Below, in pieces: positions 38,857 to 46,984 of a stretch of 64,000 nucleotides of DNA. A program made the translations under genes and the position numbers. The stretch comes from Bacteroidota bacterium (GTDB lineage Bacteria > Bacteroidota > Bacteroidia > Bacteroidales > DTGW01): the NCBI GenBank assembly GCA_029550865.1, contig JAKPGM010000006.1, positions 9,373 through 73,372 on the forward strand, given 5' to 3'. Below the pieces are notes generated by a model. That model ran no database searches, was not told where the DNA came from, and saw only the letters and a program-made list of their open reading frames with translations. The stretch's first letter is position 1; the number at the start of each line of letters is the position of its first letter.

Positions 38857-38895
38857 ACTAACCAACTTAAAAACCCTTAACCTATGAAAAATTGC

Positions 38896-40167
38896 TTATT
38901 GTTGTCGCATCAGCTTACGATTAAGCTTTTTTATAGCGTTAAGTACCGATTCTTCGGGCACGATGATGTTATAATCGCCCCAAAATTCATCGTTTCGAAA
39001 ATCTTCAACTCTTTCCGAAAAAATTTCAGAAGGTTTAAAAGCTTCGGCGGCTTTAATTTTTTCGACGTTGTTGTAGTCGACATCGGTAACTGCCATCTCG
39101 GTGGTAATGATGTAATTTGAGCTAAAGAGTCGTTTCGGCCATTTGCACTTGAATGCCAGTTCGGAACGGGTATAGGCCAACTGCCACAAATCACCCGATT
39201 TGTTATATTTCACAAAGTAATTTGCTCGCAGGATATCTATCTTCATGGTAGCAGGTTTCTTCTTCACGTAGGTGGAAGTTGCATAAGGCAAGCCATATTC
39301 ACTTACGCTAAATTCAGCAGCTACAAAAGCCAGATTGTTGACATCGATGTAGAACTTCCCCTCGTATAATGGCAGATTTACATCTTTTCGCTGCTTAAAC
39401 TCCACCACGTAACACCGAATATCATCAAGCGAAATTTGTCCCGTAAGCCTCAAAGTGTACTGGTTGAAAAAGCTTTCGTTGATAAGATTGTCGGGATTTT
39501 TAGCAATATCGATGTAAAAAGGCAGTATGGGTCCCCCTTGAAACTTAACCACTATGGTATCCATTCTCTTAACATCCTGACTTTTTCGCCCAATCAACAC
39601 TTTAACCTTATCGTTCAAAAAATAGTTGTTGTAAGGCGACTTGTATGTCTCAAGAACAGCTTCAGCTACCGACACATAGCGTTTATTTTGTTGAATGGTT
39701 TCGCGGTAAAATCCATTTACCATAGCCGGTTTTCGGCTGTAATTTTTACCAATATTGCTCAAGGCACCCTTGATAATCAGCTCAGGATCCTCGACCCGGA
39801 CAATAATTTCCTGCAAAGAAACCACCTCGGGTTTGAGCACAATTACATTTCCCGTAGTTTTTAAATCACTACGATCAAAAAATACCGACTTATATCCCAG
39901 ATGAGAAAAACCTATCCTATTTCCATTAGCGTTAGGGACTTTCAGCATAAATTCACCCTCAGCATTGGCTACCGTTCCAATGTTTGTTCCTTCAACAAAC
40001 ACCGATGCATACATAATTGGTGATCGGGTTTCAGCATCGATAATTTTGCCCTGGTATATAGCTACCTGAGCACTGTCGCGCGCTGCTTGAACCCCTACTG
40101 TGCTTCCCACGAGAATGAGTAATACTACGATTGCCCATTTCCCTATGTTACCAAAATGTGTTTTCAT
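38896..40167 (-). CDS. Carboxypeptidase-regulatory-like domain protein (exported, function unknown)
   Basis: 423-aa ORF with a signal peptide (WAIVVLLILVGSTVGVQA) and the CarboxypepD_reg pattern YQGKIIDAETRSPIMYASVFVEGTNIGTVANAEGEFMLKV. Confidence 0.75.
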   Translation of the reverse strand: MKTHFGNIGKWAIVVLLILVGSTVGVQAARDSAQVAIYQGKIIDAETRSPIMYASVFVEGTNIGTVANAEGEFMLKVPNANGNRIGFSHLGYKSVFFDRSDLKTTGNVIVLKPEVVSLQEIIVRVEDPELIIKGALSNIGKNYSRKPAMVNGFYRETIQQNKRYVSVAEAVLETYKSPYNNYFLNDKVKVLIGRKSQDVKRMDTIVVKFQGGPILPFYIDIAKNPDNLINESFFNQYTLRLTGQISLDDIRCYVVEFKQRKDVNLPLYEGKFYIDVNNLAFVAAEFSVSEYGLPYATSTYVKKKPATMKIDILRANYFVKYNKSGDLWQLAYTRSELAFKCKWPKRLFSSNYIITTEMAVTDVDYNNVEKIKAAEAFKPSEIFSERVEDFRNDEFWGDYNIIVPEESVLNAIKKLNRKLMRQQ

Positions 40168-40253
40168 AATTTTAAATTTTTATTGTTTTTCCGAAGCGCT
40201 TCCTTTTGTTTTTATAACAATTAAAAAAATACTTACCCCTAAGCATTTTTATG

Positions 40254-40261
40254 TATTTTTG
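40254..40261 (+). promoter_or_regulatory. Candidate -7 box (TATTTTTG) heading the queD / queF-like / hydS / PP2C gene string
   Basis: TAttTTTG lies 22 nt upstream of the queD ATG (40284). I found no comparable box in the 3-15 nt gaps downstream. Confidence 0.45.
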
Positions 40262-40283
40262 TTACAAAAAATTATAGTCATAG

Positions 40284-40700
40284 ATGAAGTATACCGTACG
40301 CAAGACATTAACCTTTGAGGCAGCTCATCGACTTTTAAAGGACTATTCTGGAAAATGCACGAATAATCATGGTCATTCGTGGGTGGTAGATATTGAGCTG
40401 GAAGCTGAACAGCTTGATGAAAGAGGAATGGTAGTCGATTTTAATGAATTGAAAAGACTGAAACAATGGATCGACGACACACTCGACCATACTACCATTT
40501 TGTGGGAGAAAGATCCCATGTGCGAATACATTCGTCAAAGTCAGCAACGACTGTATGTTACGCAAGAAAATCCAACATCCGAGGTTATTGCGCGGATAAT
40601 TTTTGAAAAAGCGCAGGAAATGTTTGCCAACGACCGTGTGAAAATATCGTCGGTAGCCGTTCACGAAACCTGCACTTCAAGAGCAGTATACAAAATATAG
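40284..40700 (+). CDS. queD: 6-carboxy-5,6,7,8-tetrahydropterin synthase (QueD / PTPS family)
   Basis: 138-aa ORF with TFEAAHRL, the Cx3HGH motif (KCTNNHGHSW), VVDFNELK and NPTSE, colinear with E. coli QueD as I recall it. Confidence 0.82.
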   Translation: MKYTVRKTLTFEAAHRLLKDYSGKCTNNHGHSWVVDIELEAEQLDERGMVVDFNELKRLKQWIDDTLDHTTILWEKDPMCEYIRQSQQRLYVTQENPTSEVIARIIFEKAQEMFANDRVKISSVAVHETCTSRAVYKI

Positions 40701-40703
40701 CCT

Positions 40704-41078
40704 ATGGAATTCAAATATTTAGGAAAACGCACCACTCAACCCAGCAAAACGCTCGATACTTTTCCGACCCCAGCTGCAGTTACCTATGTAAAGTTTGAAT
40801 CGGACGAGCTTACCAGCTTTTGTCCTGTAACCGGTCAGCCCGATTTTAGCAAAGTAATTATCGAATATGCGCCGGAGCAACTTTGTATCGAGAGCAAAAG
40901 TTTAAAGCTTTACCTTTGGTCGTTTCGCGAGGAAGCTATTTTTGCCGAAGGACTGGCGGGTCGTATTGCCGAAGACATATTTTCCGCCACTGCTGCCCGA
41001 TGGGTAAAGGTTACCATTATTCAAAATGTACGGGGTGGCATTCAGTTAACGGCTGTGGCTGAAAAACATAAACCTTAA
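40704..41078 (+). CDS. queF: QueF-like protein (short, divergent NADPH-dependent 7-cyano-7-deazaguanine reductase homolog)
   Basis: 124-aa ORF. It keeps the catalytic Cys context (TSFCPVTGQPDF) and the QueF motif ESKSLKLYLWSF. The canonical FRNHG.FHE stretch reads FREEAIFAEG. Confidence 0.65.
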   Translation: MEFKYLGKRTTQPSKTLDTFPTPAAVTYVKFESDELTSFCPVTGQPDFSKVIIEYAPEQLCIESKSLKLYLWSFREEAIFAEGLAGRIAEDIFSATAARWVKVTIIQNVRGGIQLTAVAEKHKP

Positions 41079-41092
41079 AGATTTAAAACTGA

Positions 41093-42958
41093 TTGCCTTT
41101 GGAACCGCTAATCCGCATATCAAAAGAGAAATGTAAGGTTTGTTATGCTTGTGTTCGGGCTTGTCCGGTAAAAGCCATTCGGGTAACCGGTTCCGACCAT
41201 ACACCTCAAATCGACCCCGACCGGTGCATTAGCTGTGGCAGTTGTGTGCGGATTTGTAAATTTCAAGCTATCGACTACCTACAGCACTGGCAACAGGTCA
41301 AACAGATCCTCGATGAAGGCACACCAGTAATTGGCATCCTCGACCCAAGCTATGTTGCAGAATTCAGCGAGTTGCCCGATTACCGTAAGCTCATCGGCAT
41401 GTTGTATTATATCGGCTTCAAAAAAATTTACGATACCAGTTTTGCCGTTGACCTGCTTGCCTATCACTATAAAAACTTGCTTGATACCTTTAAAGGAAAA
41501 CACTATTTATTGGCCAACTGCCCTGTAGTTGTTGCATACGTTGAAAAATTTGTCCCTGCTGCACTAAATAATTTAGCACCGTTGGTCACCCCTATGACGG
41601 CTATGTCGCGATTGATAAAACAGACAGTTGACCAAAACAATACCCTGGTATACATCACCCCATGCATTGCTGCCAAAGAAGAAGTGAGGTTACAGGGCGA
41701 CACAGCGGCCATAAATTTTGTGTTGACCTTTGAGGAACTGCGCAGACTATTTGCCTCCTACCAGGTTACTGATAAAATGATAGAATTTGGCGAAATTGAA
41801 TCTCCTGCCGGTGCTATGGGATATTTATATCCTATCAGTAACGGCATAGTTCAAGCCGCTCAACTTTCGGAAGCATTGCTCGACAATCAAATCATTACAG
41901 GTCAGGGTGAACAGATGATGATGGGCTATCTTAAAGAATTCGAGCAACACAGCGATATCATCGGATGCCATTTCAACCTTTTTTACTGCAGGGGATGTAT
42001 CGACGGTCCGGGTATGACATGCAAGCACCATCATCTGGTACGACGTTCGCTTGTTATCCAGCATGCCCGTCAAATGTGCGAACCAAAAGCTATATCTAAC
42101 GTTCAGCGTACTATTCAAGACTACCTTTCGCTCGATGTATCGCGTACCTTTCACGACCATTACAAGCCTCCCTATCAACCCAGCGAACAACAAATCAGGG
42201 AAATACTGCTGGCTACAGGTAAGCAGGAAAACGAAAATGAAATCGACTGTCGGGCATGCGGTTACGATTCGTGTAAGGACTTTGCCATTGCTGTTGCACA
42301 GGGCATTACCACCCCCGATATGTGTATAACCTTCTCGTTGCAAAATCAACGCAATTACACCCATGCGCTTAAGGTTACCAACGAAAAACTGGCTCGTATG
42401 CAGGAGGCACTGATTGAATCGGAGAAGAAGATGCGCATGGAACAGGAATTGGCTCGCGAAGCCTCGGAGATGCTAACCGCCATGTTCCAGAAGTTGCGTG
42501 CAGGCATCGTAATTTTTGACAATCATTTAAAAATCATCCATTCCAATCAAAGTTTTGTATCAATACTGGGTGAGGAAGCCGCACAGATTAACGAAGTGGT
42601 TCCTGGTTTGATAGGTGCCGACTTAAGGACTCTTCTTCCTAAAGAATTTATTCCGCTCGCCAGCTATGTACTGGAGCACAACGAAGAAATTTTAAATAAA
42701 GATATCACCACCGACGATGGATTCTTAAATATCAGCATCTTTCCTATTAAAAATAAAAAAATTGCAGGTGCCATCCTACGCGATCCCTATCAGCCCGACG
42801 TTCGAAAGGAAGAAATTATTAGTCGACTCAACGAAGTTATCAATCGTCATCTCGATCGAGTGCAAAAAATTGGATATCTGTTGGGCGAAGGTGCCGCCGA
42901 AACCGAACGAATGCTCAATGCCATCATTCAAACTTTTAAAAGCAAGGACGAAAAGTGA
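41093..42958 (+). CDS. hydS: HydS-type putative sensory [FeFe]-hydrogenase (2x[4Fe-4S] - H-cluster domain - Cx2Cx4Cx16C - PAS)
   Basis: 621-aa ORF with a TTG start directly after an in-frame TGA. It has two ferredoxin motifs (CKVCYACVRACP; CISCGSCVRICK). H-cluster motifs are P1 LANCP (Cys143), P2 TPCIAAKEE (Cys191) and P3 FYCRGCIDGPG (Cys299/302). An extra motif is C386-x2-C389-x4-C394-x16-C411. The C-terminal part is PAS-like (LRAGIVIFDNHLKIIHSNQSFVSILG...). Confidence 0.85.
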   Translation: MPLEPLIRISKEKCKVCYACVRACPVKAIRVTGSDHTPQIDPDRCISCGSCVRICKFQAIDYLQHWQQVKQILDEGTPVIGILDPSYVAEFSELPDYRKLIGMLYYIGFKKIYDTSFAVDLLAYHYKNLLDTFKGKHYLLANCPVVVAYVEKFVPAALNNLAPLVTPMTAMSRLIKQTVDQNNTLVYITPCIAAKEEVRLQGDTAAINFVLTFEELRRLFASYQVTDKMIEFGEIESPAGAMGYLYPISNGIVQAAQLSEALLDNQIITGQGEQMMMGYLKEFEQHSDIIGCHFNLFYCRGCIDGPGMTCKHHHLVRRSLVIQHARQMCEPKAISNVQRTIQDYLSLDVSRTFHDHYKPPYQPSEQQIREILLATGKQENENEIDCRACGYDSCKDFAIAVAQGITTPDMCITFSLQNQRNYTHALKVTNEKLARMQEALIESEKKMRMEQELAREASEMLTAMFQKLRAGIVIFDNHLKIIHSNQSFVSILGEEAAQINEVVPGLIGADLRTLLPKEFIPLASYVLEHNEEILNKDITTDDGFLNISIFPIKNKKIAGAILRDPYQPDVRKEEIISRLNEVINRHLDRVQKIGYLLGEGAAETERMLNAIIQTFKSKDEK

Positions 42959-44139
42959 ACAGACGCTTTTACCTCGATGTCAGTTGCCGTCAAAATCCCT
43001 GCCATGGCGAACGGGTGTGTGGTGATGTGTATCTGGCGCATAATTTTGTGGCCGAGGATCGAAATATCATTGTTCTTTCCGATGGTTTGGGGCACGGTGT
43101 AAAAGCCAACATGTTGGGAATCCTTACCACTACTATGGCGCTCAACTTTACGCACGAACACAAGGAAACAAATCGTATTGCCGAAACCATCCTGCGTACC
43201 CTCCCCGTCGACAGCGAGAAACAAATTAGTTTTGCCACCTTCTCCATTGTCGACATCGAAACAGATGGGCAGGTAAACATCATAGAATACGAAAATCCCC
43301 AGTGTCTTGTGCTCAGAGGAACGGAGGTTTTTTCCCCCGAATGGACATGCCTGCTCCTCGACATAGACCGAAAAATAGGCAAAGAGCTTAAAACCTGTTC
43401 TTTTCAGGCGCAGCTCAATGATCGCATCGTTCTTTTTACCGATGGCGTGATACAGGCAGGCATGGGAAGTCGTTCGGCCCCTATGGGATGGGGGTTAGAA
43501 CAGGTACATCAGTTTGTAGCCGATCAGGTTCGCAAAAATCCCTCCATCGACTCGTCCGAACTGGCCTATAAGGTGGTTTCCGAAGCCATCAAGAAAGATG
43601 GTTTCGAAGCTAAAGATGACACCAGTTGTGTAGTAATATATTTTCGCCACCCCCGGCAACTGCTTATCTGTACAGGGCCTCCGTCATCGGTCGAAAAAGA
43701 TGCTGACATGGCGCAAAAAGTTAAGAATTTTCCAGGCCGAAAAATCATCTGCGGCGGCATTACGGGTACCATCATTGCCCGTGAATTAAATCTAACCATC
43801 GACGAAAACGCTATCGTAAGCGATCCAGAACTACCCCCGATGAATAAGATGGAAGGGGTAGACCTGCTTACCGAAGGAATAATCACGCTGAATAAGGTGC
43901 ATAAAATTCTGGAAAATTATAACAGCAATTACCCCCTGACGCAGGGTCCTGCCGACCAAATTGTACAGCTCCTGCTCGAAAGCGATGATATCCACTTTCT
44001 GGTTGGAACAGCCATTAATACTGCCCATCAAGATGTATCCCTGCCTGTAGAACTTGAAATTCGTAGAACAGTAGTGCGACGTATCATGCGAACCCTCGAA
44101 GAAAAATTTCTAAAACATGTGAGCGTAGAATTTATGTAG
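42955..44139 (+). CDS. SpoIIE/PP2C-family serine phosphatase with uncharacterised ~165-aa C-terminal domain
   Basis: 394-aa ORF whose GTG start overlaps the hydS stop (GTGA). It shows the PP2C/SpoIIE pattern GERVCGDVYLAH...IIVLSDGLGHGVKANM...DRIVLFTDGV...DDTSCVVIYF. I do not recognise residues ~230-394. Confidence 0.8.
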   Translation: MNRRFYLDVSCRQNPCHGERVCGDVYLAHNFVAEDRNIIVLSDGLGHGVKANMLGILTTTMALNFTHEHKETNRIAETILRTLPVDSEKQISFATFSIVDIETDGQVNIIEYENPQCLVLRGTEVFSPEWTCLLLDIDRKIGKELKTCSFQAQLNDRIVLFTDGVIQAGMGSRSAPMGWGLEQVHQFVADQVRKNPSIDSSELAYKVVSEAIKKDGFEAKDDTSCVVIYFRHPRQLLICTGPPSSVEKDADMAQKVKNFPGRKIICGGITGTIIARELNLTIDENAIVSDPELPPMNKMEGVDLLTEGIITLNKVHKILENYNSNYPLTQGPADQIVQLLLESDDIHFLVGTAINTAHQDVSLPVELEIRRTVVRRIMRTLEEKFLKHVSVEFM

Positions 44140-44325
44140 CATAACGTACACAACAGAAAAACAACACTCAGCCAAATTGTTCAATCCAGACACCCTTTCA
44201 CACTTTTGCGTAGTAATGAAGTAGTAATTGAAGGCTCATGTGGTATTTTTGTGTGCCCGCTCATTTATTCAATGCATGCTATTTCGTGGCAACTTTGCGC
44301 ATACATCGTTAAAATCTATTGTGCT

Positions 44326-45189
44326 ATGAAAAATTTGATGCTTACACTTTGCGCAGTAATCCTGTTAGTATTTTCAGCAAATTCGCAGGAAGTTACCAGT
44401 AACTATTATGGGATTTTTACCGATAATCCCAATATTTTGGTGCGTTTACCCATTGACGACGTTCGGGGACACATTTATGTGTGGGAAAATACATTATCGG
44501 GACTAATCACCGACCCATACGAAGGCGAGGGATGCTTAGCCTTTCGTTCAACTGGAGTAGGTTGGTGGGGATTTGGCATACACGATGATAGCGCTGTGTC
44601 GCTTAGCCATTTTCAATCGGGATTTCTTATTTTCTCAGTAAAAACATCGGCAAAGGACGAATTTTCCATTCATGTATACGGTGCCAATAAAACCGAGGCC
44701 AAAATAGTCTTTCCACAGAATGGTGGTCCCCAGAACTTCAAGCGCAATGGTGAATGGCAAAAGATTACTTTCCCCATCGCCGATCTGGTTGCCCAGGGAC
44801 TCGATTTATCCTCGGTACCAATTCCATTTGCAGCTATAGGCGGTAATATATCCAATATTGCATTCGACGATATTTTTTATTCCGTCGACAGTGCAGGTCC
44901 CAATAATCCTGTAGCTCATCCGCAACCCAAACCAGTTGATAATACAAATGTAAAAACACAGGAAATTCCCGCTCAGGTTAGCTTAAGCAGAGGAACATTA
45001 AATATTTCTGCTTCCATGCCAATTAGCAAAATTACTGTAACAGACATAACCGGTAAAATCATGGTAAACAACCACCCCCGTCAATACAGCTTGACCCTGG
45101 ATGTAGCAAAATGGGTAAAAGGAATCTACCTGATAACAATCTATAGTAACACAGGGAAAGTTTTTACAGAAAAAATACTAATCCAATAA
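44326..45189 (+). CDS. T9SS-sorted secreted protein (type A C-terminal sorting domain), N-domain unknown
   Basis: The track ORF starts at 44206; the likely start is MKNLMLTLCAVILLVFSANSQ at 44326. The C-terminal ~70 aa (LNISASMPISKITVTDITGKIMVNNH...VAKWVKGIYLITIYSNTGKVFTEKILIQ) has the Por_Secre_tail pattern. Confidence 0.75.
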   Translation: MKNLMLTLCAVILLVFSANSQEVTSNYYGIFTDNPNILVRLPIDDVRGHIYVWENTLSGLITDPYEGEGCLAFRSTGVGWWGFGIHDDSAVSLSHFQSGFLIFSVKTSAKDEFSIHVYGANKTEAKIVFPQNGGPQNFKRNGEWQKITFPIADLVAQGLDLSSVPIPFAAIGGNISNIAFDDIFYSVDSAGPNNPVAHPQPKPVDNTNVKTQEIPAQVSLSRGTLNISASMPISKITVTDITGKIMVNNHPRQYSLTLDVAKWVKGIYLITIYSNTGKVFTEKILIQ

Positions 45190-45211
45190 AAACACTTAAT
45201 ATTTTAAATTC

Positions 45212-45249
45212 TGCCCGATTTCCGACACAAACTGGAATCGGGCATTTTT
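45212..45249 (+). terminator. Rho-independent terminator after the T9SS cargo gene
   Basis: Hairpin TGCCCGATT(T)CC...GGAATCGGGCA followed by TTTTT (45245-45249). Confidence 0.75.
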
Positions 45250-45250
45250 G

Positions 45251-45322
45251 TAGCCCCGCCAGGAATCGAACCTGGATTTAAAGTTTAGGAAACTTCCGTT
45301 CTATCCGTTGAACTACAGGGCC
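45251..45322 (-). tRNA. tRNA-Arg (anticodon CCT)
   Basis: The reverse complement is GGCCCTG-TA-GTTC-AACGGATA-GAAC-G-GAAGT-TTCCTAA-ACTTT-AAAT-CCAGG-TTCGATT-CCTGG-CGGGGCT-A. It folds as a 72-nt cloverleaf with anticodon CCT. Confidence 0.9.
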
Positions 45323-45507
45323 ATTTTTTCGAATGTTCCGCAAAAAAACGGCACAAATATACAATAATCTTTTATCCGTAAATAATTTTTAGCTTACAAC
45401 GGGTCATTCTGCTTACTGTCGAAGCAAGGAACTTTTGTGGAATACCTTTAAAAATCTGTCAAGTTACGCATACGCGTGTTTACATTTGCTGATTTCGTAA
45501 CCATAGC

Positions 45508-46653
45508 CTAATTAGGCTGTGTAAGCTTATCTGCCAATAACAGCCATATGTATACGTCGCAGGGAATACTATTAAACTTATAATAACAACGTTTTTCGCC
45601 CAGACGTACAACCACCATCTGCCAATCGGGAATAGCCATCACATACTGTCCACCAAGTCCCTGCAAAAGAATTACAGGATGATTTTTATAATGCAGTATC
45701 CAGAAATGGTAACCATAGTAATTCAAAGGCGCAGTCCCTTTTTCGTTGAGCAACCATATTGCAGGACGGGTAGCATGGGCAAGATATCCTGAGTCAACAA
45801 TAGTGACACCATTCCACCGGCCATGGTTTAAAATAAGCTGACCAATACGAGCAAAATCGGTAGCAGTTGCAAAAAAACAGCAATAGGCTTTCTCATCCCC
45901 ACCCGCACGGTCGGTGCTCCACAATGCAGTATGAGTAGCACCCAGGGGTTGCCACAGCTTTTCCTGAGCGTATCTTGCAATATCTTTCCCCGTGGCATCT
46001 TCAAGAACGTACGAAAGAATTTGCGTATTACAGCTTAAATAACGAAAGCGTTTGCCAGGAGTATCTACTACGTGTAGCGATGCCATTAAATCCCTTAAAT
46101 TATTGCCATAATATGCCTGTGTAGTGAGCGAGAAGGGACTACTATACCGCTCATCCCAGCTAAGGCCACTGCTCATCGTGAGCAAATGAATAATTTTAAG
46201 TGATTGATTTTGAGGGGTATTATATGGGATAAAATACCGAGCCACGGGAGCTTCCACACTATCGATACAGCCATCCTTTATAGCACAACCCACCAGTAAT
46301 GACACAATGCTTTTGGCCATAGAAAAAGAGTTGGAAATCGTGCTGGCCGAGTAGCCGCGGTAGTAGCTTTCGTGCACGAGCCTTCCCTCACGTACTACCA
46401 CAAATGCAGTAGTGTGGTAATATTGAATCCAGCGCAAAAATGCAGATGGTATCGGCTGTTGATTATAGTTTTCGGCAACGGGCCATGGCTGTGAATTATT
46501 GGCCAAAACCTCGTTATTAGGAAAAATCTTGTAATCGTCGAGGTTGGCATAACCATGCAGCAATGCATTGCGCAGGTATACCGGCATTGCCCACCAGATT
46601 AGCCCTGCCAGCCCAACAATAAGCCCAACAATTATTACAACCTTACGTCTCAA
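45508..46653 (-). CDS. Serine hydrolase, beta-lactamase/transpeptidase-like family, membrane anchored
   Basis: 381-aa ORF with an N-terminal TM helix and an SxxK motif (FSMAKS) in the expected position. The overall class-C beta-lactamase-like pattern is present (LTMSSGL, YLSCNTQIL). Confidence 0.7.
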   Translation of the reverse strand: MRRKVVIIVGLIVGLAGLIWWAMPVYLRNALLHGYANLDDYKIFPNNEVLANNSQPWPVAENYNQQPIPSAFLRWIQYYHTTAFVVVREGRLVHESYYRGYSASTISNSFSMAKSIVSLLVGCAIKDGCIDSVEAPVARYFIPYNTPQNQSLKIIHLLTMSSGLSWDERYSSPFSLTTQAYYGNNLRDLMASLHVVDTPGKRFRYLSCNTQILSYVLEDATGKDIARYAQEKLWQPLGATHTALWSTDRAGGDEKAYCCFFATATDFARIGQLILNHGRWNGVTIVDSGYLAHATRPAIWLLNEKGTAPLNYYGYHFWILHYKNHPVILLQGLGGQYVMAIPDWQMVVVRLGEKRCYYKFNSIPCDVYIWLLLADKLTQPN

Positions 46654-46905
46654 TTACTTACAGAGTTCGAAAAACATTTCAAGCTCCTCTTTTTTGGCCT
46701 TACTTAGACGTTCAACCGGAATACCCTCGATTGCAGCCTCAAGCACAAAAAGATGCTTTAACTCAACCTTTGGATTAACCTCCCTGAGCAGCAAAAAAGC
46801 TTTTTCGGCACCGAGAATTTTCAGCTTTTGTGCATCGGATATTCCAGCCTGCTGCAACTGATGTGCTATTTTTTCATCAATATTAGGCAACTCTATTAGA
46901 CTCAT
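46654..46905 (-). CDS. TfoX C-terminal (HhH) domain protein
   Basis: The likely start is MSLIELPNIDEKIAHQLQQAGISDAQKLKILGAEKAFLLL (ATG at 46905). It has the helix-hairpin-helix pattern of the TfoX_C domain. The stop abuts the start of the hydrolase gene. Confidence 0.5.
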   Translation of the reverse strand: MSLIELPNIDEKIAHQLQQAGISDAQKLKILGAEKAFLLLREVNPKVELKHLFVLEAAIEGIPVERLSKAKKEELEMFFELCK

Positions 46906-46984
46906 ACCTCTCCCTATTTTCCCTTTACAAAATTGCAAATACTTTGTTATATTGCCAGCATATTTACAACATTATTTTAAAATT

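Noticed and set aside
40168-40283. preQ1 riboswitch upstream of queD
   Set aside because: The candidate -7 box leaves a 5-prime UTR of only about 15-20 nt. I found no small hairpin plus A-rich tail matching preQ1-I/II/III.
41825-42364. 179-aa ORF antisense to hydS
   Set aside because: It is nested antisense in the hydrogenase gene and has no recognisable features.
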